The notes under the pieces are model-generated. The model was not told the origin of the DNA and made no database searches. It saw only the letters and a program-made list of their open reading frames with translations. The translations under genes were made by a program, and so were the position numbers. From an uncultured bacterium (GTDB lineage: Bacteria; Verrucomicrobiota; Verrucomicrobiia; Limisphaerales; UBA8199), in contig CAVVMW010000024.1 of assembly GCA_963749495.1 (NCBI GenBank), forward strand, positions 64,001-128,000: a stretch of 64,000 bases of DNA, written 5' to 3'. Positions 47,171 to 58,027 of this stretch are shown piece by piece (positions within the stretch are counted from its first letter, which is position 1; the number at the start of each line of letters is the position of its first letter).

Positions 47171-47686
47171 ATGGGAAAACGACGAGAAGCACGGGAGCGG
47201 GCCGTGCAGTTTCTGTTTCAGCACGATCTGAACCCGCCCGAGGACCTGGAGCAGGCCCTGGACGAGTTTTGGCAATCGCAGCGGGGAGCGGCCATTGCGG
47301 AGGAGAAAGGCCCCGCCACGTGGGGCCAGGCAGTGGAGTTGCCGCCGCCCACGGCCGAGGAGGCCTCGGTGCGGCTGTTTGCCGACCCGCTCATTCGCGG
47401 CGCGCTGGAGCATCGCGAGGAGGCCGACCAGTTGATCCGCAAACACGCCCAGAACTGGGAATTGCACCGCATCGCGGCGGTCAACCGCAATATCCTGCGC
47501 CTGGCCATCTACGAAATGCTCCACCGCGACGACATCCCGCCGGTCGTGAGCATCAACGAGGCGGTCGATGTGGCCAAGAAATTCTCGACCCAGGACAGCG
47601 GCAAATTCGTCAACGGCATCCTCGACAAGGTCAAAGGGGAGTTGATGCGTCCGGCCCGGGTGGTTCAAGTGAACCGAATCCCATGA
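47171..47686 (+). CDS. nusB: Transcription antitermination factor NusB
   Basis: ARERAVQFLF, INEAVDVAKKF and FVNGILD motifs. Confidence 0.93.
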   Translation: MGKRREARERAVQFLFQHDLNPPEDLEQALDEFWQSQRGAAIAEEKGPATWGQAVELPPPTAEEASVRLFADPLIRGALEHREEADQLIRKHAQNWELHRIAAVNRNILRLAIYEMLHRDDIPPVVSINEAVDVAKKFSTQDSGKFVNGILDKVKGELMRPARVVQVNRIP

Positions 47687-47721
47687 ACTGACCTGATGCC
47701 GCCCCCAGCCCAGCGCTCGCG

Positions 47722-48585
47722 ATGTTCGCCGATCTCCACCTGCACACGCGCTTTTCCGACGGCACCTGGACGCCGGAGGGACTGGTAGCGCAAGCCCGCA
47801 GCCACGGCCTGAGCGCGCTGGCGCTGACCGACCACGACACGGTCGAGGGCTGCGGGCCGATGGCCGCGGCCTGCGCGGCGGCGGGGATCGAGTTCATCGC
47901 CGGCACCGAGTTGACCGCCCACCAGGACGGCAACGAGGTCCATATCCTGGGCTACGGCATCGAGCCGCGGGACCCGAAATTGCTGGCCGAGATTGCCAAA
48001 TTCCAGGCCGTGCGCCAGAACCGGATTCGGGAGATGGTCATGCGCCTCAACCGGCTGCAGGTGCCCCTGGCGGCCGAGGCGGTCTTTGCGCTGGCCAACT
48101 GCCGCGCCCCGGGCCGCCCGCACGTGGCGCGCGCCCTGGTCAAGGCCGGCCTGTGCTCGAACCTGGACGAGGCCTTCGAGCGGTTTCTCAAGCGAGACCG
48201 CCCTGCCTGGGTGCCAAAGTACAAGATGTCCGCGGCGGATGCCATTGCCTTGATCCACCACGCGCGCGGCGTGGCCGTGCTGGCGCACCCGGGATTGAAC
48301 CGCACCGACAACGTCATCCCGCGCATCGCCGAGGCGGGATTGGACGGCCTGGAATGCTTCCACACCAAGCACTCGGCCTCCGAGTCGAGGCATTACCTGG
48401 ACGTGGCCGCCCGCTTTGGTCTGCTGGTCACCGGCGGCTCGGATTGCCACGGCGTGAGCAAGGGCCGCCCGCTCATCGGCACCGTCAAGCTGCCTTACCT
48501 CTACGTCGAAAGGCTCAAGGCCAGGGTGCAGGAATACAAGACCGCCGTTGCCAACTGGCACCCGCCTCTCCATATTGCGCGCTGA
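47722..48585 (+). CDS. PHP domain phosphoesterase
   Basis: DLHLHT..SDG, TDHD, AHP and GGSDCH motifs. Confidence 0.9.
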   Translation: MFADLHLHTRFSDGTWTPEGLVAQARSHGLSALALTDHDTVEGCGPMAAACAAAGIEFIAGTELTAHQDGNEVHILGYGIEPRDPKLLAEIAKFQAVRQNRIREMVMRLNRLQVPLAAEAVFALANCRAPGRPHVARALVKAGLCSNLDEAFERFLKRDRPAWVPKYKMSAADAIALIHHARGVAVLAHPGLNRTDNVIPRIAEAGLDGLECFHTKHSASESRHYLDVAARFGLLVTGGSDCHGVSKGRPLIGTVKLPYLYVERLKARVQEYKTAVANWHPPLHIAR

Positions 48586-48588
48586 CCC

Positions 48589-49509
48589 ATGGGTCTATTT
48601 GCCAAATTCAAGGCCGGCCTGCACAAGACGCACAACAAGCTGGCCCATGAGATCAAACGCATCGTCACCCGCTCGCCCCGGCTCGAGGCGGAGGCTCTCG
48701 AGGAACTGGAGGCCGCCCTCATCGGCGCCGACCTGGGCGCCGCCATGACCGCCCGGATCATCGAGGCCGTCAGGAAATCCTACGAGACCCAGGGCGCCGC
48801 CGGCCCGGACGTCTTCGCCATCGCCCAGGCCGAAGTCGAGGGCAGCTTTGACGCCGCCCCGCCGGAATTGGGCCGGGCGCCGCAGGGGCTGACGGTGGTC
48901 TCGATTGTCGGCGTCAACGGCACCGGCAAGACCACCACCGCCGCCAAGCTGGCGCACCGGGTGCAGGCGCGCGGAGAGCGCGCGATGCTGGCCGCGTGCG
49001 ACACCTTCCGGGCGGCGGCCATCGAGCAACTCCAGCTCTGGGGCCAGCGCCTGGGGGTCGAGGTCGTCGCCGGGGCTTACGGGGCGGACGCGGCCGCCGT
49101 GGGCCATGACGCCGTGACGGCGGCACAGGCGCGCGCGGCGCATTACCTGTTTGTGGACACCGCCGGCCGCCAGCACACCAAACACAACCTCATGCAGGAA
49201 CTGCAAAAACTCCACCGCGTCCTGGCCAGGCAACTGCCCGGCGCCCCTCATGAAGTGCTCCTGGTCCTCGATGCCTCCACCGGCATGAACGCCCTCAGCC
49301 AGGCCCGCGAGTTTAACAAGGCCGTTCCCCTCTCCGGCCTGATCGTCACAAAGCTCGACGGCACGAGCAAAGGCGGCATGGTCGTGGCCATCCATCGCGA
49401 ACTCTCGCTGCCCATCAAATTCATCGGCCTGGGCGAGCAACCCGATGACCTGCAGCCCTTCGACCCCAAGCAGTTCGCCCAAGCGCTCTTTGAGACTGAT
49501 GAGCAGTGA
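48589..49509 (+). CDS. ftsY: SRP receptor FtsY
   Basis: GVNGTGKTTT, DTFRAAA, DTAGR and TKLDG motifs. Confidence 0.95.
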   Translation: MGLFAKFKAGLHKTHNKLAHEIKRIVTRSPRLEAEALEELEAALIGADLGAAMTARIIEAVRKSYETQGAAGPDVFAIAQAEVEGSFDAAPPELGRAPQGLTVVSIVGVNGTGKTTTAAKLAHRVQARGERAMLAACDTFRAAAIEQLQLWGQRLGVEVVAGAYGADAAAVGHDAVTAAQARAAHYLFVDTAGRQHTKHNLMQELQKLHRVLARQLPGAPHEVLLVLDASTGMNALSQAREFNKAVPLSGLIVTKLDGTSKGGMVVAIHRELSLPIKFIGLGEQPDDLQPFDPKQFAQALFETDEQ

Positions 49510-50663
49510 ATCCCATTACCTCCGCCTGGCCCTGAGGCTGGCGCGCCGGGGTTACGGCGCCGCCTCGCCCAACCCGATGGTAGGCGCGGTGCTGGTCAGG
49601 GCGGGCAAGATCCTGGGGCGGGGCTGGCATCGGCGAGCGGGCGGGCCTCATGCGGAAATCGAGGCGCTCCAGGATGCGCAACGGCGCGGACACCGCGTCG
49701 CGGGCGCCACGCTCTACGTCACGCTGGAGCCCTGCTGCACCCAGGGCCGCACACCGCCATGCGTCCAGGCCATTATCCGGGCGCGCCTGGGCAGGGTCGT
49801 CGCCGGCGCGACCGACCCCAATCCGCGCCATTGCGGCAGGGGCTTCGGCATCTTGCGGCGGGCGGGTCTCCAAGTGGTGGAGGGTGTGCTGGCCACGGAG
49901 TGCGCGGACCTCAACGAAGCCTTCAACCATTGGATCGTCGCCGGTACGCCGTTTGTGACCGTGAAGGCCGCCATGACGCTGGACGGCAAGATCGCCACGG
50001 CGTCCGGCGAGTCCAAGTGGATTACCGGCCCGCGGGCGCGCAACCACGCCATGAAACTGCGCTGGGGCGCCGATGCCATCCTGGCCGGCATCAACACCAT
50101 CCTCGCGGACGACCCCAGCCTCACGGCCAGAACAGGCCAGGCTCGGCGCGCCGCTGCTGGCGGCCGGCCGTTGCGGCGCATCGTGCTGGATTCGATGGCG
50201 CGCACGCCGCTCGGCGCCAAGGTGGCCAGTGACGAACTGGCGGGGCTGACGACAATTGTGGTGAGCAAAGCCGCCCCCAGGAAACGCGTGGCGGCGCTCC
50301 AGGCGCAGGTCAAGGTGCTCGTCGCGCCACGGGCCAAAGCGGCGCGCGGCAAGGCCGGGCGCGGCGGCCCAGCCCCCAAGGGCCTCGACCTGGCCTGGCT
50401 TCTCAAGAGGCTCGGGGCCGAGGGAGTGACGAGCCTGCTGGTCGAGGGCGGCGGCGAAGTCAACGCCTCCTTTCTGCTCGAGGGCCTGGCCCACCGCATC
50501 GCCTTCTTTTATGCCCCGAAGATCCTGGGCGGACGCGGCTCACGCCCGGCGGTCGCCGGCCCCGGCGCCCAGGCCCTCGACCAGAACCCTGTCGCTGAGC
50601 CGCGTCCAATGGCGCAGGCTAGGCCCCGACTGGCTGCTGACGGCACGGGTGGAGGGGTCATGA
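49499..50663 (+). CDS. ribD: Riboflavin biosynthesis deaminase/reductase (frameshift near 50586)
   Basis: PNPMVGA, HAE, LEPC..PPC and LVEGG motifs. Confidence 0.92.
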
Positions 50664-50910
50664 GGGCGCATTCCGGCACTGCCCCATTTGGCGGGGCACA
50701 GCAGTTTGTAGCGCAGCTTTCCAAACCTGCTGTATCGCCGACTTCCAGTCGGCAGGGCGCCGGAAATCGTGGCGCCTGCGGGTTAGGAAACCCGCGATAC
50801 AGCAGACCTGGAAGTCTGCGCTACGGGGGCAGTGTCAGGATGCGCCCGGGTCATGACCCCAGGCCCCATTGTTCTTGCCACGCCCGGGTCCGCTTGCCAG
50901 TGTGGCGGTC

Positions 50911-51517
50911 GTGTTTACAGGAATCGTCGAGGAATCGGGCGCCGTCGAGCGGATCCAGCCGGCGGACAAATCAATCGAGTTGACAGTGCGGGCGCGGGTT
51001 TGCGGGCGGGGACTGAAGGTGGGCTCGAGCCTGGCCGTGAACGGCTGTTGCCTGACGGTGGTGAAGGTGGCGGCGCGCGGCAAAGAAAAGCTGGCCTGGT
51101 TTGATCTGCTCAAGGAGACCTGGCAACGGACCAACCTGCAATTTGCGCGGCCCGGCTCGCTGGTCAACCTGGAACGGCCCTTGCGGGCGGACGGCAACCT
51201 CGGCGGCCACTTTGTGACCGGGCACATCGACGGCACCGGCACCATAATCCGCTGGGAACGGCAGGGCCAGGACCATGTTCCTGGACATTGCCGCGCCGGG
51301 CGAGGTCATGCGTTACGTGGTCTCCAAAGGCTCCATCGCCGTGGACGGGATCAGCCTGACGGTCGCCGGGGTCCAGGACAAGGGGTTTCGCATCTGGATC
51401 ATCCCGCACACCTACGAGGTGACGGCGCTGCGCGAGCGCAAGGTGGGCGACGCCGTGAACCTCGAGGCCGACCTGATCGGCAAATACGTCGAGAAATTCG
51501 TCACTTCGAGGGCGTAA
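50911..51517 (+). CDS. ribE: Riboflavin synthase alpha chain (frameshift near 51280)
   Basis: (M)FTGIVEE, NGCCLTV, VNLE and KGSIAVDGISLTV motifs. Confidence 0.92.
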
Positions 51518-51752
51518 ACATAAAGCCGCTCTCTTTCTTGGCCATCGAGGCCGGCTCGATCTCCATGACCCGCCCCTGGGAGAGCTTCTGCTTCTGACCC
51601 CCGAGGTCTGTGTAGAGGTAATCGTTGCCCTTGAGCTTGGGTTTGCCGCGCGTCGTAATCTGTCCGCCGGTGTTGAGTTTTATGACGTAGTAATGCGCGC
51701 AGCCGCAGAGCAAGAGCAGGCTGAGCAATACAGGAACTACCAGTCTCTTCAT
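51501..51752 (-). CDS. YgdI/YgdR-like small lipoprotein
   Basis: Lipobox LCGC; YVIK..G..I.T.GKP. Confidence 0.7.
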   Translation of the reverse strand: MKRLVVPVLLSLLLLCGCAHYYVIKLNTGGQITTRGKPKLKGNDYLYTDLGGQKQKLSQGRVMEIEPASMAKKESGFMFTPSK

Positions 51753-52137
51753 AAGCATTCGTGTTGGAGTCGTGAAATCATCGCCCCACCGGGCGGCTGC
51801 CGCAGCAGCGCCGCCCGCTGGCCCGCACAATATCAGGCTGCGCGGCCGGCGGCAATCGCGAAGAAGAGGCACGGCGCCGGGGGCGCATCTCACCTTTGTC
51901 GAGCCCGGCCGAACCGGGCGATGGGAGTGCGCGTCCGAAGTCGCGAAGCGTTTTGGACTGCGGCAGTCCTCTGCCGCTTTTCAGACCCTGGGGACACGAA
52001 AGCGCCAGAGGACTGGCGCACTCCAAAACCTTGTGGGCTTCCCGGCGCCGCGCTCCAATTGTCCGTCTTGCCGAAGGCCGACAAAGGTGAGATGCGCCCG
52101 GGCGCCGGCTCAACCACAAATGAACACGCCTTTGGAT

Positions 52138-54855
52138 TCAATCCAGAATGGTGACCGTGCCCCGGTTGCCATCCACCTCGAGCCGCTGGCCGGTCCGGAT
52201 GAGCCGGGTGGCGGGGCCCACGTTCACCACGGCCGGAATGCCGTACTCGCGGGCCACAACGCTGCCGTGGCTTAACAGCCCGCCGACATCCACAACAATT
52301 CCTGCCGCGGCAAGAAAGTAGGGCGTCCAGCCCGGATCCGTGTAGGGTGCCACCAGGATTTCTCCGGGCTGCACGCGCCCGGCAGCGTCGGCCTGGAGGA
52401 TGACGCGGGCCCTGCCGATGACCAGCCCCGGGCTGACCGGCAGACCCTGGAGCGTTCGCGGTTGCGGGACGGCACCGGCGGGTTCGCGCGCGTCGGGCTC
52501 GTAGCGTCCCACGATCACGGGCGGCGGGCACAAGAGCTTGTCACGGGCGTAGTCGGCCTTGCGCGCGGCAATTACGCCTGAGACATCGAACGCCGGGCGG
52601 CCCAGCAGGACCGGCCCCAGCTCCTCCAGGCGCAGGTAAAAAACATCGTCGGGCCGGCTGAGCGCGCCTCTTGCCACCAGGCGCCGTCCGGCCTCCAACG
52701 CGGTCCGCCGCACGACCGCCACCAGGCGCACACCTTCGTTCTTCACGTTCTCGCGCTGGGCGAGGCCGCGCCGGCCCATGCGCACCAGGAACGCGAGGAG
52801 CCATCTCTTGAGGGGATTCCGCAGGCGCCTGCGGCATTCACCCAGCAGGGCCTCCCGTTCACGGCGTTGCCGGGCCTGGAGAACCAGCGGATCGGAGGCC
52901 TCATCGAACCCGAGATAGAGACGCAGGTTGTCCAGGACAAAGTCGGGCATCTCGGACCACCTGGGTTGGAAGAGGTCCATGCCGCCGCGCGCCTGGTGGC
53001 CATGGGATTCCATGAAGCCGCGCCAGCGTTCCAGGAACTCGGGTCCGCGCGGGACGTCCGCCAACTTGCCCTCGAGTGCGGCGAAGGGAAGCGGTTCGAG
53101 CAGGGCCTGTTTCAATGTGGGGTGCCCGCGCGCCCAAGCCGCCAGGCGCACCAGCGCGAGCCCGTTCTCCGCAGACCACATCTCCTCCGCCCCGGCCAGC
53201 AGGCGGTTGGCGAGGCTGCGGTCGGTGTCGCCAAGCCATTTGCGCGCGAGGTAGAACAAACCGATACTGCCGCCCACGGCACCGGCGGCCATCCACACTG
53301 CGGCGGCGGTCGTGCGGTGGGCTTGGCCAGGGATGAGCGGACGGAGGAATGCGAGGGCCTTGCTGCGCGCGCAGGATGGCCGCGCCGCCGCTTCGGTCAG
53401 GGTGGCCAGGCGCAGGAGCGCGAACGGGTGGGCCGCCAGTTGCTCGTCGGACAACTCGGCGGGAGGGGTGCGGGCCAAATCACCGGACACTCGCCGGCCC
53501 GAACGCTCGATCAGTCCTCTCTGGTCAAGAAGGCCCGGCAGCAGCCAGCAGACGAGCCTCGCCAGCCGCAACAGGCCCGGCGGATTCATGGAGCGCCAGC
53601 CCGGCGCCGCCTCGGATTGAATCACTTTCTCGAGGCCGTTGTGCAGGCCGCCGAAGGCGGCGATCGCGTCAATTTGAAAAGGACCGCCTGGCTGCTGCAC
53701 CAACTCGGAGAGCGTTCGGACATTCAGGTAAGCGCGCCCGGCCACGAGTTGCACCAAGGGCCGGCGGTCGGGATCGATCCCCAGGCGGCGCATGATCGGG
53801 TAGAGAAAATCGTTGAACAACACCTGCATGAATGACCAGGACAGGGGCACGACCACGTCCGGGAGCGCCTCCATGATATTGGCATTGGTCCACACCTCGA
53901 CCTCGGGCCCGGCTCCGGTTTCGGGCTCGGGCGGCGGCGCCGGCGGCAGAGCGGTGATGGGGCGGGACTGAAGCAGGAAGACCTGGCCGTCCCGCGCCGC
54001 CCATTCGATGTCCTGCGGCCCGCCAAAGAGCCGCTCCGCGCTCAGGCCCAACTCACCGAGCCGGCGGATGAGTGCGTCGGTGAGGCACGGTGGACCCGCT
54101 CCTGCCGGCTCGATGACCCGCAGCGACTCCTTGTCCACCATGCGCCGGTCGGGATTGACCTTGCCCAAGACCAGGGATTCGCCAAGGCCGGGCGCGCCCT
54201 CGATGACCATGCGGGTGGTGTCGCCCGTCAGCGGGTTGGCCGTGAACAGGACCCCGGAGACCTCCGCCGGCACCATCTCCTGCACCACGACGGCCATTGC
54301 CACCGCGCGGTGAGGGATGCGGTTTTTCAACCGGTAAAAAACGGCCCGGTCGCTGAACAGTGAGACCCAGCAACAGCGCACAGCATCCAGCAGCGGCTCG
54401 GGGCCGCGCACGTTGAGCAAGGAGTCGTGCTGTCCGGCGAAGGAAGCCTCCGGCAAGTCCTCAGCCGTCGCGCTCGAGCGAACAGCCCATGGACCGGGCG
54501 CCGCGATGGCACGAATCGCACGCTGCACCGGCTCCGGCACAGGCGAGGCCGCAAGCGCCCGGCGCAGCGCGGCGGCGGTCTCGCGTATCTCGGGCGCCGC
54601 CTCGGGCGCCAAATGGCTCAACCCGTCCAGGAGCGCGGCAGCGTTGCTGTTGGCCTCGATCCACAGGCGAAAGGCCGCTGTGGACACGCAGAAACCCCCG
54701 GGCACGGGCAACCTGGCCCCGATCATCCGCCCAAGGTTGGCCGCCTTGCCGCCCACAAGCATCCTCTCCCGGCCGGTCAGCCGGGCCAACGGCACGACCC
54801 AGGTCGCGGGGCCCGACTCCAGCGGGCGGGATTGGGCACAGTCTCTACGGCGCAC
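52138..54855 (-). CDS. PEP/pyruvate-binding plus PEP-utiliser phosphotransferase (rifampin phosphotransferase/PigC-like architecture)
   Basis: GGKAANL, AVRSSATAED, LLQSRPIT; C-terminal LSHGSVVAREYGIP. Confidence 0.85.
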   Translation of the reverse strand: MRRRDCAQSRPLESGPATWVVPLARLTGRERMLVGGKAANLGRMIGARLPVPGGFCVSTAAFRLWIEANSNAAALLDGLSHLAPEAAPEIRETAAALRRALAASPVPEPVQRAIRAIAAPGPWAVRSSATAEDLPEASFAGQHDSLLNVRGPEPLLDAVRCCWVSLFSDRAVFYRLKNRIPHRAVAMAVVVQEMVPAEVSGVLFTANPLTGDTTRMVIEGAPGLGESLVLGKVNPDRRMVDKESLRVIEPAGAGPPCLTDALIRRLGELGLSAERLFGGPQDIEWAARDGQVFLLQSRPITALPPAPPPEPETGAGPEVEVWTNANIMEALPDVVVPLSWSFMQVLFNDFLYPIMRRLGIDPDRRPLVQLVAGRAYLNVRTLSELVQQPGGPFQIDAIAAFGGLHNGLEKVIQSEAAPGWRSMNPPGLLRLARLVCWLLPGLLDQRGLIERSGRRVSGDLARTPPAELSDEQLAAHPFALLRLATLTEAAARPSCARSKALAFLRPLIPGQAHRTTAAAVWMAAGAVGGSIGLFYLARKWLGDTDRSLANRLLAGAEEMWSAENGLALVRLAAWARGHPTLKQALLEPLPFAALEGKLADVPRGPEFLERWRGFMESHGHQARGGMDLFQPRWSEMPDFVLDNLRLYLGFDEASDPLVLQARQRREREALLGECRRRLRNPLKRWLLAFLVRMGRRGLAQRENVKNEGVRLVAVVRRTALEAGRRLVARGALSRPDDVFYLRLEELGPVLLGRPAFDVSGVIAARKADYARDKLLCPPPVIVGRYEPDAREPAGAVPQPRTLQGLPVSPGLVIGRARVILQADAAGRVQPGEILVAPYTDPGWTPYFLAAAGIVVDVGGLLSHGSVVAREYGIPAVVNVGPATRLIRTGQRLEVDGNRGTVTILD

Positions 54856-55115
54856 GCGGGTTTAGACCGGGGATGGAAGGAAACCTCACGGCTCTGTCAT
54901 CCGCGCCCCGAACCACGGAACCGGGATAGCCAAGTCAGCGGAGCTGATCTGGGCCTTCGATCCTTCGTTTCCTTCGTTTCCTTCTGTTCTTTTCAAGCCA
55001 AAGTTCCCACACCACCCGAAGGTTCATTTCCCGCCGATCGGGCCTTGAACCGTGCGTCAAGCTCACGCTCTGTTCCACTTGACGAAGGGGGCGAGGCCTG
55101 TTATGGTCCTCATCG

Positions 55116-55241
55116 ATGCTTCCGATCTCCGGCCCCTTCCGAAACAGGCCCGCGTGGCAACCGCGCGCGTCGCGCGCGCTCACGCTCATCGAACTGCTGA
55201 TCGTCATCGGCATCATCGGCGTTTTGGCTAAATCCTCTTGA
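55116..55241 (+). pseudogene. 41-codon prepilin-type N-terminal stub
   Basis: ...ALTLIELLIVIGIIGVLAKSS*. Confidence 0.55.
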
Positions 55242-55281
55242 CCGGCTGCCGAATGTTTGCCACTCTCAGCCCCAAAAGCGC

Positions 55282-57255
55282 ATGAAGCCTTATATAAAGA
55301 AACTCACCCGATACTCGTTGATAGTGTCCGCACTGCTGTTGGCGTGCTCTGCAGGGGCCAAGATCATCACTGTGAACACGGTGGATAACTCCGACTCCAC
55401 GGCCGGCAAAACGAACCTCGTAAAGGCGATCAGCTTGCTCGCGGACGGTGACACCATCCAATTCGCCATCCCCGGCACAGGGGTTCATTACATTGACACG
55501 CCTCCCGATGGTTACCCGCTCATTACCAACAACAATATCACCATCGACGGCTATAGCCAGCCGGGCTCCTCGCCGAACAGCGCCTCGATCCACTCGACTA
55601 ACAACGCCCAACTCAATATCTGCCTCACTTCGACCAACGGGAATGCTCTATCCATGTACAGTGCCGTCACCAACTCCGCCGGAATTGATTATCCCAACCT
55701 TGGTTTTGGCGATGGCGAACAGGCCCTCCTTGGGTTCTTCCGGGCTACCAACGCCTGGGTCAAGGGCCTGGCGTTTCTTTCTTCATACCAAACCTCGACC
55801 AGCCAGCAGACTGGCGGCGACTCCAAAACCATCTGCTTTGCGGTGGATGCCCCCGATGTGAGCGACCTGGCATGTCAGGGTTTTCACGTCAGCGGGTGCT
55901 GGTTTGGCGTTGAGCCGACGACGAGGCAAGTGGCATACATGGGCGATGGCGTCAACCTGGCCACGCCCACGATTTGCATCGCAACTTACAGTACCGGCAC
56001 CAATGGCACGCCAGGGTTCCCGAACACCGAGAACTCGCCGGGCCCCGGCACAATTGGCGTGGCTGCCGCTTCTGCAAACCCTCGCGCCGAATTCAACGTC
56101 TTCGTCACCGGCTACGGGTTCGACTCTCAGGGGGGTCCCTTTCGGGTTTGCGGGAATTTCTGGAACGTGCTCCCCGACGGGACCACCCTTGCGGACATTT
56201 CGGTCCTCAACGGCGGAGCTCAAGAAGGAGATGCGTACGTTGAATTCGGCAGCTCTCACGGCATCCTCATCGGCACGGATGGTGATGGCGTCAATGATGC
56301 CGACGAAGGCAACGTCTTCGGTTCCTACGCGCAGGGCGGCGATGTGATCTATTATTATGGCTCACAAGCGGATTCCGTGATAGCGGGCAACACTTTCGGA
56401 GTGGACATCCACGGCAACTCGTTTGGAGTCGGCCAACTCACCAAGATTGTTCACCATTTCAGCACCAGTTCTCAGGCGCGATTTGGGAGCGATTTCAACG
56501 GCGTTAGCGATGCCTTGGAGGCGAACACTGTGGTGGACTCACTGTTATTTGATTGTGATACCGGCTCGACGACCAACTCGCATTGGATTTCGGTGCGCGG
56601 CAATTCGCTCGTGAACACCACCACCCCAACCAGCGGCGCGCCTCCGATCGGTGACGGCCAGACGAGTTCCGATGGTTTTGACATCTATACCAATTTCGTT
56701 GATGTTAGCGGCGCCAACGGGACGCTCGACATCATCCCGGCAATCGGCGGGGGTACGACCACAAACTTCTTGATCGGCACTTGCGGGAAGCCCCTCGGCG
56801 CGCCTTACACGAGATTGATTGTGGATCTCTATGAGGCGGATGCGACTTCGGGCGCGCCTCCGCAAGGAAAGAAGTGGCTCGCCAGCTTCACGGATAATTC
56901 GGCAGCCGATCTCAACCGGGCGGTGGGGTCGTTCAAGTTTGCTTTGCCCGCCGGGCTGGTGGCGTCGGGAGAAATGGTCACGATTGCGGTCACGTATTCG
57001 AGCGACACCCAGCCGATACTCGGGCCAATCCGGCGAGACGGCAACCAAACCACGCTCACTGTCACCGGTGGAACCGGGCTCACTTACGGCCTCTTCGAGT
57101 CACCCGTCGTGGCTGGTCCTTACGCGTACATCGGCGCGCAGACCGGCTCCTCCGCGACTTTTACAGATCTCAACCCCACATCGTTTTACAGAGCTGCCGG
57201 TGGTTCGGCCACCGGGCAAACGTCACCGTTCTCAGGTTTGTTCACGATGCCCTGA
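55282..57255 (+). CDS. Secreted Gly/Ser/Thr/Asn-rich protein, possibly beta-helix
   Basis: Signal peptide, ITVNTVD, IAGNTFG-type repeats; visibly more AT-rich than its neighbours. Confidence 0.75.
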   Translation: MKPYIKKLTRYSLIVSALLLACSAGAKIITVNTVDNSDSTAGKTNLVKAISLLADGDTIQFAIPGTGVHYIDTPPDGYPLITNNNITIDGYSQPGSSPNSASIHSTNNAQLNICLTSTNGNALSMYSAVTNSAGIDYPNLGFGDGEQALLGFFRATNAWVKGLAFLSSYQTSTSQQTGGDSKTICFAVDAPDVSDLACQGFHVSGCWFGVEPTTRQVAYMGDGVNLATPTICIATYSTGTNGTPGFPNTENSPGPGTIGVAAASANPRAEFNVFVTGYGFDSQGGPFRVCGNFWNVLPDGTTLADISVLNGGAQEGDAYVEFGSSHGILIGTDGDGVNDADEGNVFGSYAQGGDVIYYYGSQADSVIAGNTFGVDIHGNSFGVGQLTKIVHHFSTSSQARFGSDFNGVSDALEANTVVDSLLFDCDTGSTTNSHWISVRGNSLVNTTTPTSGAPPIGDGQTSSDGFDIYTNFVDVSGANGTLDIIPAIGGGTTTNFLIGTCGKPLGAPYTRLIVDLYEADATSGAPPQGKKWLASFTDNSAADLNRAVGSFKFALPAGLVASGEMVTIAVTYSSDTQPILGPIRRDGNQTTLTVTGGTGLTYGLFESPVVAGPYAYIGAQTGSSATFTDLNPTSFYRAAGGSATGQTSPFSGLFTMP

Positions 57256-57278
57256 GCGGGCCTCAGTTCGCCCGGCTG

Positions 57279-57698
57279 TCAGGCCTGGCCCGATCCCTTT
57301 TTGCGGCTCTGGAACGGGACCCAAAATCCGATGAGGCCGCCGGCCGCGATCATGATGAGCGTGAGCGGCCTGAGTCGGTGCGCATGGGCAAGAAAGAACC
57401 CCAACCCAGTGTCCTGTGCAAAAGGCGCAAAACGCCATTCCGTGAGCAAGCCCAGCGTGAGCGCCAGCAAGCCACAAACCACACTGACGGCAATGGACCT
57501 GTTCCCGAACAGGCCGGCGCCGATTCCGACCAAGGCTCCCGGCAGTATCAATGCATAGAAACCTTGTCTGGCGATCCAAAAAAACGCGAAATATCCCAGT
57601 ATCCCTCCGACCGCAGCGCCCAGCAGGGCGAGAGTGTCCTTAGTGGTCATGTTCATTCCATAATTGAAATTGCCGGCAGCACCGGTCTTCGGTTTCAT
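57279..57698 (-). CDS. Small membrane protein
   Basis: Several Gly-rich TM helices. Confidence 0.65.
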   Translation of the reverse strand: MKPKTGAAGNFNYGMNMTTKDTLALLGAAVGGILGYFAFFWIARQGFYALILPGALVGIGAGLFGNRSIAVSVVCGLLALTLGLLTEWRFAPFAQDTGLGFFLAHAHRLRPLTLIMIAAGGLIGFWVPFQSRKKGSGQA

Positions 57699-58027
57699 CA
57701 GCTATGGCACGAGTAAGAAAGCCGCCTGGGGTCGGTCAAGGACAAAAAATGCCCAAAAGTAATCGGTCAGTAAAGGCGGAAACGGAGTCCCCGGCCAACC
57801 CCTCACCCCAACCCTCTGCCCTTCCGAAGGAGAGAGGGAGAAGCGTCGGCAGTCTCGCGAGCTTCCAGGCGTCTCCGCCTTTTCAAGCTGCTGCCGAGAA
57901 TCCTCCCTCTCCCCATCCGATGGGGAGAGGGCCGGGGTGAGGGGTCTGCCCGGCACTCCGCCTCCGCCTTCACTGACCGATTACACTTCGCGCTTGATAC
58001 TCCCCTCTTATCTGGCATTATCCAGGC

